Part shown: positions 1-16,690 of the stretch, one piece after another | How the letters are laid out: each line of letters opens with the position of its first letter | Position numbering within the stretch: position 1 is the first letter of the stretch | Assembly: GCF_009914755.1 (NCBI RefSeq) | Contig: NC_060930.1 | Direction: 5' to 3' (one strand) | DNA: 64,000 nucleotides | DNA from: the human T2T-CHM13v2.0 reference genome, Homo sapiens | Position numbers and translations under genes: made by a program | Notes under the pieces: generated by a model | Databases searched by the model: none | Told to the model about the DNA's origin: nothing | Seen by the model: only the letters and a program-made list of their open reading frames with translations

Positions 1-1880
<1,880 letters not shown>

Positions 1881-2124
1881 AAATCAGTTTTTAATAAAAA
1901 ATCTTCATAAAATTTTCTGATTTCATGAGATTTTTATCTCATGCTTATTAAACTGTGGATACTATATGTAAAATGATCTTTTTTATTTTTCCACAGATAA
2001 ATATAAGCACATAAATTTTAACATATATACTAAAGACACTAATTTTAAAGTATTTATTTTGAAATTCAGCTTTAGATGTCTTAAAGTGTGTCATGCCAGT
2101 TCTCCAAGGGCAGAGGAGGAAAGA

Positions 2125-2480
2125 TAGTATTCATTAAGTGCCTAAACCTATGAAGCACTTCACTGGATATTTTAACTATGTGTATGAATTTAACATATGA
2201 AGAAACTGAGAGTCAGAGAACTTGAAAAACTATTCGGAAGTAACAAGGAAGTGTAAAAAGTGGATTCAAAATTGTGTCTGTCAAAGCCTTTGCTCTTTCT
2301 TTTTCATCTCATGATTTTCAAGAATAAATAATAAAAAGACACTTTTTATGTACATGGTATTTCCTGCTTCTAATATATTTTAGCGAAAGAAACCCTTGCT
2401 CAGAGATGTTAAATTTTTTCCAAGAGAGCTTCTTTAGAGCTAGAATTTGAATTCAGTCTTCTGACTCTTCATTCTAGAGA
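2125..2480 (-). repeat. MIR fragments (two degraded copies)
   Basis: MIR core-like motifs gaagaaactgagagtcagaga...ggattcaaa and gctcagagatgttaaa...gagctagaatttgaattcagtcttctgactc. Confidence 0.55.
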
Positions 2481-3748
2481 TTCACACACTATGTGAAGGA
2501 CTCAATCTTGTCCTAAATATGAAGCCCAAGAATGTTTTCAGTCCTGATAACATCATAAGTACTATCCAGGAGAACATCATAAAGTTAAAAAACTCTTAAT
2601 ATCTTCAGCAGTGATGTGTGTTCTGCCTTCTTCTAGGGTTTAAACTTTAGTTCTAGGTCTTCGAAGCAAACTTGCAGAGGGGCACTTCATCTTGATAATC
2701 ATGCCTGGTGGGGGTGGGACTTCTCTTTTCGTAAATCATGCAAGCCATGATATTTTTATTGCTACACATTTATAAAAACATCTATGTATTGGATAGGAAT
2801 TAAGATTTTTGAGTTCCTGTTCACTTTTTTTTTCCTTTCCCTTTTTTTCCCCTTGGTGGCCTGGCATACTCGTTAATACATTTTCCCACATATCATGTGG
2901 TTTTGTTTTGTTTTCCCAAACTAATGAAGTTTTACTCTACCACTTAAGGAAGTTTTTTTTTTTTTTTCCATTAGGGAAAACATAATTTTCTTGCCAAAAG
3001 TTTCCCAGAGTTCCCATGGAAGTACAATTCTCTAAAGAATTCATTAAAATGATTGAATAATGGAATCCTTTTCTTACTAGAATGCCATCATTCCAAGAAC
3101 ATTTTAGTTGAATATTTTAAGGGCAGAAAGTTATAGGAGTGCTTTATTAACTGGTATTATTCAATGACCTATATTTCACAAATCTCAAATCTCCACTAAA
3201 TTTACACATGGAAATACACCAATGTGGAATCATTACTTTTCAAGGCAGTAATCTATAGTTATTTTATAATAAAATACTAATTTTTATAACTTTCAAATTA
3301 CATTTGGAAAACTTTTTTGCTCATTCACTTAAAGCTTGAAATTACCCCAAAAATTATAAGCCAGTGCTAAAGACCTGGGAGGGAAGGAGGTCAGGGAGAG
3401 ATGGGACAACAGGCCTAAAGCAATATTCCTCAGATTCTCCTCTTCCCACTTAATTTCTGTTCCTATTAGGAAGACATTCCTCTAGTGTCTTTTATTTTAC
3501 CTTTCTCTCTTTTAATTTATTTACTACCATTTATTACCCTAATTTTTATACTATTCTCTCAGAAACTTTTCCCTATTGCATAGTTATAAGTTCATGAAGA
3601 TATCTGATTCTTAGTAATTCATAGTTTGCTTAACAAAAGTTTAGAAGATATGGATTTACTAAGTTAGAATTAGTCAAGTTTATGTGCAACATTTTGAAAA
3701 TGTTTGTTGGTCTTTATGCTTCATCTTCAACAATAGAATAGCTTAAAA

Positions 3749-3959
3749 TGGTGTTTTTCAACCTCAGCACTATTGACATTTTGGGCTTAATAATTCTTTG
3801 TTGTGGGTGGTGTCCTGTGCATGGTGGGGATTTTAGCAGAATTCCTGGCTTTTACTCACTAGATGCCAGTAGCCTCTGAGATGTAACAAGCAAAAATATA
3901 TTTGGACATTGCCAGATATCCCCCTGGAAGGCAAAATCATTCCTAAATGAGAACCACTG
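3749..3959 (+). mobile_element. MER20 (hAT-Charlie MITE)
   Basis: tttttcaacctcagcactattgacattttggg...gagaaccactg; degenerate 8-bp TSD gcttaaaa/gtttaaat. Confidence 0.85.
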
Positions 3960-3967
3960 GTTTAAAT

Positions 3968-4185
3968 AATGGTAATGAGAACAAGTACTAACGTCTGCTG
4001 AGCATTTTTCAAGTGCAGTTCTAAATATTTAAGTGGACACTAATTCATGAGAAGGGTCCTATGATTCCTATGTTACAGATGAGACCATTTGAGCACAGAG
4101 AAGTCAACTAAGTTACTACCAACACATGGCTAGTAAGTAAGAGAGCCAGAATTCAAACCCAAGAAGTCGGACATCAGAGCCCCCT
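3968..4185 (-). repeat. MIR
   Basis: ttacagatgag...gcacagagaag...gctagtaagt...gagccagaattcaaacccaag MIR core. Confidence 0.7.
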
Positions 4186-4989
4186 TTTTAAATTGTTGGG
4201 CTATAGCTGTCTTGCTGAAATTACACTAAGCTAAAGTGAAATCTATAAAAAGCATGCATCATATATAAGGTTAAATTTTTTCCCATGATTTCAAACATTC
4301 AAACCTTGGAAAGGAGACTTCCTACAAATTCAAAACCTCCCAAGATAAGTAAGTTTCCTTATTCCCCTCATCCTGTTCACTGAGCTGTTGAGAGCCCTTC
4401 AAAGCTCAGATTCCCCAGGCAGATATTTAAAGACCAGGTCAAGGAGTCAGATTCCTGGGATCACATCCTGACAGAACCATATTCATGAGTATGAGACCCA
4501 TGAATATCATAAAGCTGCTTACATGCTTTATTCATAACAATCATTCAAATATTAGAAAATGTTTATTTTTTAGTGTCAGTAGTTGAGAAGAAAACAATTA
4601 AAATTAGTTTTTTAGGATTTATCCTATATTTCTCAGCATTCAAACATCATTTCCTTTTAACCTTTTACAAATAACAGCCAGCAAAATTAAATTTATTTTT
4701 CTACCTCTCCATCTGAACTGCGTGTGGGAGAAGTGATATTTCTCCTATCACTTATGTAAATCATGCCATGGGATAACAAAAATTATCACACAGCATAATT
4801 TATAAGGCTTTCATCTTTGTAAGTACTTTGTCTTCAGGAAATGTGAATTAGCTTGTTTTAAACGTTGTTTTAATTTTTAAAGGAATATAGTGTAATAACC
4901 AAGTTTTATATCTAATCAAACACAACTAATTCATATAACTTGAAATACATGGTATATATTATCTTTCCAGTTCCTTAGACAGTTGATTG

Positions 4990-5240
4990 AAATAATAATA
5001 ACAACCTATACCTAACTTACATTTCCATGTGTCAGGCACTGTCCTAACAGTTTCTCATATATTAGTCCATTTACTCCTCATAATAATCACTTAGGTTGGT
5101 ATTTTTAATATCCCGATTTTGGAAGTGAAAAATCAGAACCACGGAGAGGTAAATTACTTGACTAAAGTCACAATAGCTAATAAGTGATTTAGCTGGCTTA
5201 TAAACCTAAACGGTTTGGGACCAAAGCTGTGCTGGTTATT
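4990..5240 (-). repeat. MIR (MIRb-like)
   Basis: atgtgtcaggcactgtcctaa...catttactcctcataataatc...gagaggtaaattacttgactaaagtcaca. Confidence 0.75.
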
Positions 5241-5561
5241 ACTTATATATACTTCCCTCCTAAAGAAGAGAAATTATCACCAAATATATTATTCATCATT
5301 TTATTAGATGGATCAAATTAGAATATGTGTCTTATATTGACACAGGAGAAAAAATATATTCGGTCTCAAAATTGTACAACCTATGAAATTCTTGGCAGCA
5401 GAGAGTAAGAATTTTATCTTATAAAGAAGTGAATTCATAATTATAAAAAAATTTGAATCTAATGATTCTGAATTATTCCTTAAACAGTTGATTTATTTTT
5501 CTTCTTTCCTTCTCACTAGTTCAAATGTCTGGGTTTCCCCATGTCATCACATTATCTAGGT

Positions 5562-7815
<2,254 letters not shown>

Positions 7816-7905
7816 ATTTTAATTGCAGCTTTGTAAGATCCTGAGGAGAGGACTCAGTTGAGCTACGCCTAAACTCCTAAGATATGGAAGTGGTTAGATA
7901 ATAAA
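7816..7905 (+). mobile_element. MLT1 (MaLR) LTR fragment
   Basis: ttgcagctttgtaagatcctgaggagaggactcagttgagctacgcctaaactcct...agataataaa resembles the MLT1 3' portion. Confidence 0.55.
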
Positions 7906-10135
7906 AACATAGTAAAAGTTTCAGGACATCATAGATTAGCAGTTTAAAATCTCAACTATATTTCTTCATGCATTAAGTATAAATTACGTATATACTTAAA
8001 ACAAACTTTTTGTCTCAAATTTGTTATCAGCAATTAGTTCATGAAGTTTGTATCCCTGGAAGTTCAATTTTTCATTTAACAATCATTTGCCAAGTTAGCA
8101 TTTTACATTTAAAACTGCTGTGACTATTCTATTTACTATGTAGACATTGAAAATCAATGAAGGATGCTAAAATATATATAGCCTGTAACTAAAACCAGTT
8201 GTTAATTTATCAACATAAAAAAGTTTAAATACTACCATGTAAATGAAAAATATATTAAAATAACACGTTATATATAAAAAGTAAAATATAATGCACAAAA
8301 CCCAATGATTTTTGTGATCAGCAACCAAATATGTGTATCATTCGCTTTTCCACATTTTGTTTGAATTTTATTTCAAGGTTGAGTTGCAGCATGTTCCAGG
8401 ATAAATAATGTAAGATCTTCCTTAGAACTTAACGTATGGAAGTGAAAATATTGTGATTTTTGGCTTCCATTACAAACATCATGTCAATAAACTTAATAAT
8501 ATTTCAATTTAAAAATTCTGAAAAAACTTAGATTCATATATACTTTTAAAAAGATTATAAATGGAATGCCTCTATGAGAATTCTCTTTTCATCATAAGAG
8601 TGCTAAAGCATATTGAAAGAAAAAGGGTTAGATGTGATTTATAGACGTTTTCTATCAATGACAACATAGCTTCTTGCATAACAAGACAGTTCTAAGAATT
8701 AATCCCAGATTTTCATATCTGTGTTTAAAAAGGATACAGAAGTTGATAAGAGGGAATTGAAGTACAAAACATATTAAGATGTTAAAAAAAAAAAGAAGGA
8801 AAAAAAAGAGGTTGTAAGAGCTTGGTGCTCATGACCAAGAAAATTACATGTATGGATTCTACGGAAATCCAAAAATTTGAATTTCTCCGCTTTTTTCATT
8901 ATATTTGAGGGATGGTAGAAAGGAACTACCAACAACAATGGTAAAATAAAGTAATTATTTTCAAAGCTAAGGGCTTAAAGTTCCAAGTAATATGCTAGTT
9001 GAAATTATAAATGAGACAGTTTGTAAAAATGGAAAATGGAAATATTATTATGGCCAGCACAACTTTACAAAAGTAAATCACTTTAAACTGAATTCATTTT
9101 TTTGATAGACTTATTAGCTTGGTAAGACAAAGAAATAGAGTTGAGATCTGTATATTTCACTTTAATAAGACAAACTCATAAATGAACATGATATATAAAA
9201 ATAAATATTTGGGGAAATTCATTGTAGAAGGATTAGACTGGTCTGCGTGGCTAAAAGATTAAAATTTGGACTAGTGAGTGAAAATCAAGGCTCACTGTAA
9301 TGAAGACTAGGTTTTCCACAATAAGATCATGATCAACTAATCATAGCTCAAGTCATATAAGGTCCTCATCAGTGGATGTGTTCAAATACACGGTCAAATA
9401 ATAATAATAGAATAAATTTGTGCTGTAAAAGAATCTATCAGTTATCTATTGCCATGACTGTTGCCAAATGTCTTGTATATACAGAACATGTCCTGTATTT
9501 AATGATTTTTATCCTGTGTCCTGTTCTTACTTTGACGAGATACCCTAAATATCCTTTATTTAGCTTGTGTTGAAAAAAATTACAAAAAAAATTAGAGAGC
9601 AATGTTTCTGCCACAGTAAATGGTGTTTAAATCACTTAAATGCCAACAGTAGTTGAAACCAATACTCCACAAATGAGCTCAATTGCAATTCTAGACAACA
9701 CACAGACTGCGTTGTACTCCAATGACCATGTTTCTGAAACTCAACCAGTCAATAGCAGCCTTCCTCCTGTTACCACGCTAACATAGCTGAAAGCATTGAA
9801 ACCATGCCCATTTCTGAAAGTCCACCAGTCTCCAAATAGCAAGCTTTTCAGAACCTTATAGAAGATCAGTTCTGGCTTTGTAGTCATACCTCACAAGTAC
9901 CGTTCTCTGTTGAGGCAAACAGGAAGTTAATTATTTTTTGCATGAGATATCAAGTTCATTTATTGTTAGTTTTCAAGCTTGCAAACGTTTAATGGTTCAA
10001 TCGCTGATTACAGTTGGTAATGAGTTTGCATTCATGAGTAATAGACACACTGTTGTGGCTGTAAAACTAACAAATGAACTCTTTCCAATTCATGTAATGA
10101 TTACTATTATTTACTTTTATGTGTGCATATTTGTA

Positions 10136-12231
10136 CCCAAAATGCAAGAGTAAATTTTATGATAAATTATCTGAACAATAACATTTATTAAAATGCAGCC
10201 ATAAAAAAGGATGAGTTCATGTTCTTTTCAGGGACATGGATGAAGCTAGAAACCATCATTCTCAGCAAACTAACACAGGAACAGAAAACCAAACACCGTA
10301 TGTTCTCACTCATAAGTGGGAGCTGAACAATGAGAACACATGGACACAGGGAGGGAAACATCACACACCAGGGCCTGTCGGGGGTTGCGGGGCTAGGGAA
10401 GGGATAGCATTAGGAGAAACACCTAGTGTAGATGACGGGTTGATGGGTGCAGCAAACCACCATGGCATGTGTATACCTATGTAACAAACCTGCACGTTCT
10501 GCACATGTATCCCAGAACTTAAAGTATAATTAAAAAAGAAAGAAAGAAAAGAAAAAGAACTCTTGAAGCTCATTGAGTAGTATGCATTTGTTAATTCAAT
10601 GTTGAAAATAATGGAAACTTAGATATAAGCCAGCATTTTCCAGCTATATCTGCAACTAGTACCAAAGTGATAAATAATATTTTTTATGAAGATAAATTCA
10701 GATAAAGAAGATAAGTTGGAAGAAGTTGGAAGAAGATTATCCTTCCATATTGGATATTTTCAACAGTCTTTCAGCCCAAATGGCTAAATGAACTACTACT
10801 GAAAGAATTTTCTGATTCCCAAACTGCAAGAACATTTTCAAGTGCCCAGATGAAATCTACCGCAATTAAAGAAAAATAAGTACTAACTCCAATTACTATC
10901 ACAGAGATTATAAAAAATATAAATGCCTTGCCTTTTTACAGCATAACCATGGATGCAAGTAATCACAATACAGAAAACAATTTTCCCTTGGTTCATACAC
11001 AATTTTTCTTGTGAAAAATTCTTGCTTATAAGATGAAACTTAAGAAACAATAGAAAATTTTGCAGAAACACTTAGTGAAAACAAATGTACTGCCACTGTA
11101 TAAAAGTGATGCAAGTATACATTTGGTGAATGTTTGCTTAAAGGTAAAGACAGTGTTTCTTCAAAGCCGAAGCTAAGCATGAATGATTCTGTGAAAGGTG
11201 TTGGCTATCTTGTCCATATTCTCATTAAGCTCTCAATTATCATTAGATATTTTTATGTTGAAATTAAAGTAATTGTTATAAAATTATTCTCTTACTTCAG
11301 TGTTTCTTCTGTTTAAACTGAATGATTTACATTGGCGGTATTTTTTAATTCTCTCACATTCAAACCCTGATGACTCTCTTTAACAAATGTAGTTGAGAGA
11401 ATCTTCAGTTTTTTTAAATCTCTAAAATCATATTTCACTTCTGAAAAAAAGGCCTCCAAAATTATTGTTGACATTTTAAATCCATTAAGTGAAGTCTAGA
11501 TAAACTCTTTAGCAAAATAATTATGCAAATTAAAAGAAGAGTAAACAGTGTTATTGAAGTACTCCTTTGCTTAAACTAACTTCTTGAATGTGGTAAAGAA
11601 AGAATTTTGAAAAATATATCAATTTAGGTGTGAGAGCTATTTTTAAAGCAGGCAACATCACTTACCAACAGGAAAATAAGCTCTGATTTGATGTGTAAAA
11701 TTATTCAGATATTTCTCATGACTATCTTTTGAAGTAAATTTAATTACATTTGATTTTGAGTAGATTTAATTAAATAATTTAATTCTTATATATGGATGCT
11801 AGTAAATACTATTACAGCATGAAAACACGTGAAATAATCATGTGTATTGTTGAAGACAACAATGTTCTTTTTGTTAATGGACAGCCTTTTAAAAATATAT
11901 TAATCAAGATATGCAATGTAATTCTAAAGAATAAAAAAATTAACATAAAAAACATTTTTATGTGCTTCAACAAATCAAATTTGAAAATCATTTATCACAG
12001 TTGTCAACTTTCCCCAGTATGTGTTCTGCAAACCAACCTATAATGCTAATGTTGCATGCATTTTCTCATTAATGCTCAATGAATCAAATAACAAAATAAG
12101 TTAGATTTAACTATTGTAGAAGCTATGTTACAATGTAAATGGAACATAGACTGCAACTACAAAAAATCTGATAAGCAAATTATGCAAAAACAAGGAACTG
12201 TTTATTGAGCCAAATCATGAGAAAATCATAG
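10136..12231 (+). pseudogene. Degraded hAT transposase (BED finger, DDE core, C-terminal dimerization domain)
   Basis: EAH*VVCIC*FNVENNGNLDISQHF (BED finger, ~10565-10640); FSSAQMKSTAI; FYSITMDASNHNTENNFPL (D at 10952); GVGYLVHIL (ORF 11134-11316); **LSLTNVVERI (RWLSL motif, 11368); QYVFCKPTYNANVACIFSLM (12015-12074, NANVERIFSLM motif). Confidence 0.85.
10194..10558 (+). mobile_element. L1PA7-like 5'-truncated 3' end inserted into the hAT transposase
   Basis: atgcagccataaaaaaggatgag...gatgacgggttgatgggtgcagcaaaccaccatggc...cccagaacttaaagtataat plus A-rich tail. Confidence 0.9.
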
Positions 12232-14162
12232 TTTAAGAAAGAGGTATGTAATTTAAATACTTATAATTTATTTCCAATAAATAAAAAATAATTTTTAACA
12301 TTTTATGTCAATGTAATATATCTTATTAGAAATAATTTAGATTTACCTGGGCATCCTGAATTTTACTTATTAAATATAGCAATCCTGATTGCCACAAATG
12401 ACAACACCTCAGTGCCATATAACAATGAAAACTGTTTTTCTTGGGAATTGTGAGACTGCAGGTCAATTGGATGGTGCTGCTCATTTGAGGCAGGCTTGGC
12501 TAGTCTTGGCTGGGCTTTTTCCAGCATCTACAGTCAGTCACTAAAGGTAAGGGACCAGCTGTTCAGGAATGACCTCACTAGTCTGTATGGCTGACAGCTA
12601 ACTGGTGACTGCAGGTATGCAGGTGACTGGGCTGCACGATTCACATTATTCTGCAGGATAGCTTTGACTGGTTCGCATAGCAGCTAGGAAGTTTTCAAAT
12701 AAAAACAGGGCAAGCACACAGGTCTCTTAACTTGCATACTATAAATTCCACTGCATTCTATTAACCAAAACAAGTCCCAAATTTAATCTAAACTCAAGAA
12801 ATAAGGATATCAACTTTACTCCTTGAAGCCACTGCAAAGGGCATAAATATATAAATAAATGTAGAATTGCGGTCATTTTTTAAATCAGTCTACCACACAA
12901 GGATTCAAGCTGTTTAGCCCTAAAAACTTTTTTTTCCTTGTAAGTCCATTCACTTTCGAATTTTAAAACATTTTTGACTGAAAGGTAAATTGAATATAAA
13001 TTAATGCTTTAAAAATTGACTTGGCTATTAATCACTGATTTTGAGAAAATTTCTTCACTGGTATATTTTATAATGTTAATTTCACATATTAAATAAAGAC
13101 TATACAACCCCAATATTTCAAACATAAGTAATATGATTTGAGCTAAATGCTTTTTCTCTTCTATTTTTTAGAAATTACTTTTCTACGCACTTGTTTTCAG
13201 TCTAAACAAATGCAATCCATTCAATCCTAATGTGTTCTCCTTATGGGCCTTTCCTTACAGTTTCCACAAAAATTTCTTCATTTTTAAATATAATAAATAG
13301 GAGAAATTTTGATAAAATGCCCCGTTATCTCTCAGATTTTTTCTTTGGCTCTTCATCTCTTAGACGTATGTAATAAAATATGGAAAGATTATGATAAATA
13401 AAAATACATGGTCAAATAATCTAATCAGCAGAATGTATGCAGAGCATAGTGGGGAGTAGAGGTGGCATTCTATATTTTCCTCTCTGGCTCCAGGAGATAC
13501 CTCATAGATCTTGTAGCTTGAAGACTTTTTTTGTTAATGTTATTTACACTCCCACAAAAAATGAATATCCAAAACTATAAGGGAAAATAAAAATGTTTCC
13601 ATTCCTGGTAAGACAAAAAATATAATACAATCTAAAATTACATTTTCCTTTAAATCATGATCTTAAATGATGTTTCCCGCATTTCATACATTCTCTTGAC
13701 TTGTTTGTATTTTCTTCTATGATTAGACACAAAATCAATAGGACTAAGTTCTATAAGTATGTAGGTGGGACTAAAAATTTGCAACTTCTGGTGAACTTAA
13801 TAATTAACAATTAGGCATTAATCATCAAGTATTATTTTACATAGAATCTGTGAGAATTCTATTTAAATAAGTAGCAGTGGCACTTCGATATTTTTTCTGT
13901 GTTACATTCTTTGGATAACAAAACAAATAAGATGTAAAAAATGTCACATTCAAAAATTGACCAAGCAGATACTTAAATACAGATGCGAGATGATCTTGAG
14001 GAATGAACCATTGCCATCACCATGTATTGAAACCAATTGGAAATGCATCAGCTAATGTCTAAACTGCATGTGATTTAAAATCTATACATATAAAAGTTGA
14101 GATCTGTGTATTATTTAATAAAATAACATTTCTTGTTTAAAGGCATGTAATTTTTTCTAAAA

Positions 14163-14310
14163 CAATGGTTATCATCTTAAGAAGACTGAAGGACCTTACT
14201 CCAGAAATTTTGATTTTGTAGGTCTGCAGTGGTGCTTGAGAATTTGGTTTTTTAACGAGTTCCCATGTAATGATGCTGCTGCTGTTCCAGAGACCAAACT
14301 GAGAATTCCT
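14163..14310. mobile_element. MER5A/MER5A1 MITE
   Basis: caatggttatca...ccagaaattttgattttgtaggtctgcagtggtgcttgagaatttgg...ccaaactgagaattcctg. Confidence 0.7.
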
Positions 14311-14391
14311 GATTTAAGAGAGACTGGGGAAATAGTATAAAAATGATATCACCTGTTATTTCTGAGTATTAAGTCTACCGCCTCTTCAGAT

Positions 14392-14451
14392 AAATTATTC
14401 TCGTTTCTAAGCAACTTAATAAAATTATTCTAGTTTCTAGACAACTTAATA
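14392..14451. repeat. 30-bp tandem duplication (2 copies)
   Basis: aaattattctcgtttctaagcaacttaata / aaattattctagtttctagacaacttaata. Confidence 0.9.
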
Positions 14452-16272
14452 AAACTATCAGTACCAATCTGAAAATAGACACTACTATTAAATATTACAT
14501 AACCTAAGAGAATATTTTAACCTTTTCCTTATAGCAGGTTGACATACTATCTCTAACTCATTCTTACTTGATAATTTCAGATATTTGGCACTCTTTTGAA
14601 CTTCTATATTTAGGTTATAATTTAATTTAAGTATTATCTCTAGTTAACAAATTCCACTTTTTTAAAGGGTTAGGGAGGTATTTGTGAGCACTCTTGCTAC
14701 ACACAAATATCTATTCATATCAGTTGTTCTCATTGCTCAGTTAGGGAGAACAGTTTTGCCACCTCTTCTGTACACTCAACACAGGAATGTACATATTATA
14801 AACACTGAAGTCTTCTCAGTCATCATAGCATTGGATTTATTCACTCGAGGATTTGGGAAACAGAAAAATGTCCATGCCTACTCAATTTTATGTCACCACA
14901 GAAGGTCTTCTTGGGGAAAACTGGTAGTATCTTTCCTATGGCCCACCATTAATTTTAGTCTTTTCTTACATCTCACCAGTCTGAAAATTATTAAGACAGT
15001 GAGCGTACTTAACTCTGAAAAAACCAAAGTTATATAAGCATGTTTATGTTTCTATAAAATGTATGTATGAAAAATCCGTAACTCTTTTTGTAGCTTAGAT
15101 TTCTGCCACAAGAATGCTTTACTTTTCCTTATGAGGGGCAAACTAAAAAGCAGTGGTTTTCTCGCATATTGAAGTTAGACTGTTTTCTCAGCAAAAATAC
15201 TCAATAAAGAAATGTAAATTGATTTTATTCCATAAGTACATACAAAAATTATATTGATTTAATATCTATTCCCATAGAGAAGTAGTTTGTTGGGTGTCTG
15301 GAGAGTCTGGTGGGGAGAAAGGTTATTCAAAAAATTGTTTCAGCCAAAATTTTCCTTCCCTTTTTTTTCTTTAAAAGGAAAGCATTTAGAGAAAAGTAAA
15401 GTGCAGCAAGGGAGTTGGCCCAGTTGCTGCAGGCTTCACCCCTAGTGAATGTTTTATCTACAGAGCTCTTGCCAAGTTTCCTACTGTCAAAGAAGCCCTG
15501 AAATATGAACCTTTAAGTCAATTCATCAGAAAACAAATATTACATATAAATTAGTTTGAGGAAAAGAAAATCATATACATTCTTTAACTTCCATAGTTAT
15601 TTTGAAACAAAACAAACCTTTTGCCAAATTATGTAGCAAGCACACATAATTAGTACATTTTAGGTCTTAATATTGAATTTATATTTCTAGATTAGATTGA
15701 ATTAACTTTGTGTTTCTCAAGTTTTCTAGCTTTATATATTGTAACTTTAAAAATACATTTTAAACGCTGCATTTATTTCTAGAAGGTTTTGATAAAGACA
15801 AAAGAAATTTTTGAAAGTTAGTATATTATACTAGAGGGACATATTAAAAATAGAATGAAAAACAATGGAATTTTCAAGGGCTATTGACAAATAAAACTTG
15901 TAGTTTTAAGTTTTTCTTAAACTTTTTAAAAAGTTTTTGCATTAATAACAAATGAAATATTTTTCTTGAAAATATTCCATTTGGCAGAAAACCCAAATCT
16001 ACAGAACAACTATCACTATTATGATACCAGCTATGAAGATTTTACTCTCTCTGAATACACGGAGTTATGTTAGTACTTCATAATCCCCAACATTCACACA
16101 GTGGGCACTACATTACAGGGAATATTGTAAGCATTTTTACATGTATTAATTTTCCACTATCCTATGTATAAGTGACTATTTTTTAAATGAGTAAAGTGCA
16201 TGGAAGTTAATTAGCTGAAGATGATATAAGTGTAGTTTACATTATTTTATTTGTTGCTATTTAAAATCATAA

Positions 16273-16690
16273 TGTGCTATGCACGGTAAACATGGAGATC
16301 TGCTGTTCAGATTCCACTAAAAAGAAGTAGTAGGCACAGCTACTAGAAAGGCACTGGGAAGGCAGACAGCCTTCAGCTGGCAGTACTTACAAGGACTGCC
16401 TCAGTGCAGAGAGCAGCACCTTCCCCAGGGTGGTCTATATCCAATGAGTAAAGAAGGAAAGGGTAAAAACACTGGTCATTCCATTTAAGATGGGCTAACT
16501 CTGCCTGTCTGTATTAGCTCCAGAGGCTATTGTTAGGCTTACGTTACACTCCGACTACTCCTTTTATCCCATCCTGCTTCCCTTCCCTTCCTTTCACAGG
16601 TATTAATTCCAAGAATATTTCCTAATAAATATCTTGCACATTAAACTGCATCACAGTACCTGTTTCCCAGATAACTCAACCTAGAATGAT
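16273..16690 (+). mobile_element. LTR16-family (ERVL) solo LTR
   Basis: gacagccttcagctg...tcctgcttcccttcccttcctttcacaggt...cctaataaatatcttgcac...caacctagaa. Confidence 0.65.

Larger units (their letters stand above)
9456..12387 (+). mobile_element. Apparently complete fossil autonomous hAT transposon (Blackjack clade, MER53-like terminus)
   Basis: 8-bp TSD attgccat (9448-9455) / attgccac (12388-12395). In-register degenerate TIRs gactgttgccaaat and revcomp caggattgctatat. Collinear transposase motifs inside. Confidence 0.85.
9435..12897 (-). mobile_element. MLT1 (I/J/K-type) LTR split by the hAT insertion: stub 9435-9455, body 12388-12897
   Basis: ctatcagttatctattgcca (MLT1 antisense start) rejoins across the TSD to caaatgacaacacctcagtgcc...ggctgggc...cattctattaaccaaaacaagtc...aatcagtctaccaca. 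Confidence 0.75.

Noticed and set aside
14684-15037. 117-aa ORF in unique sequence
   Set aside because: GTG start, no recognisable domain, and a length expected by chance.
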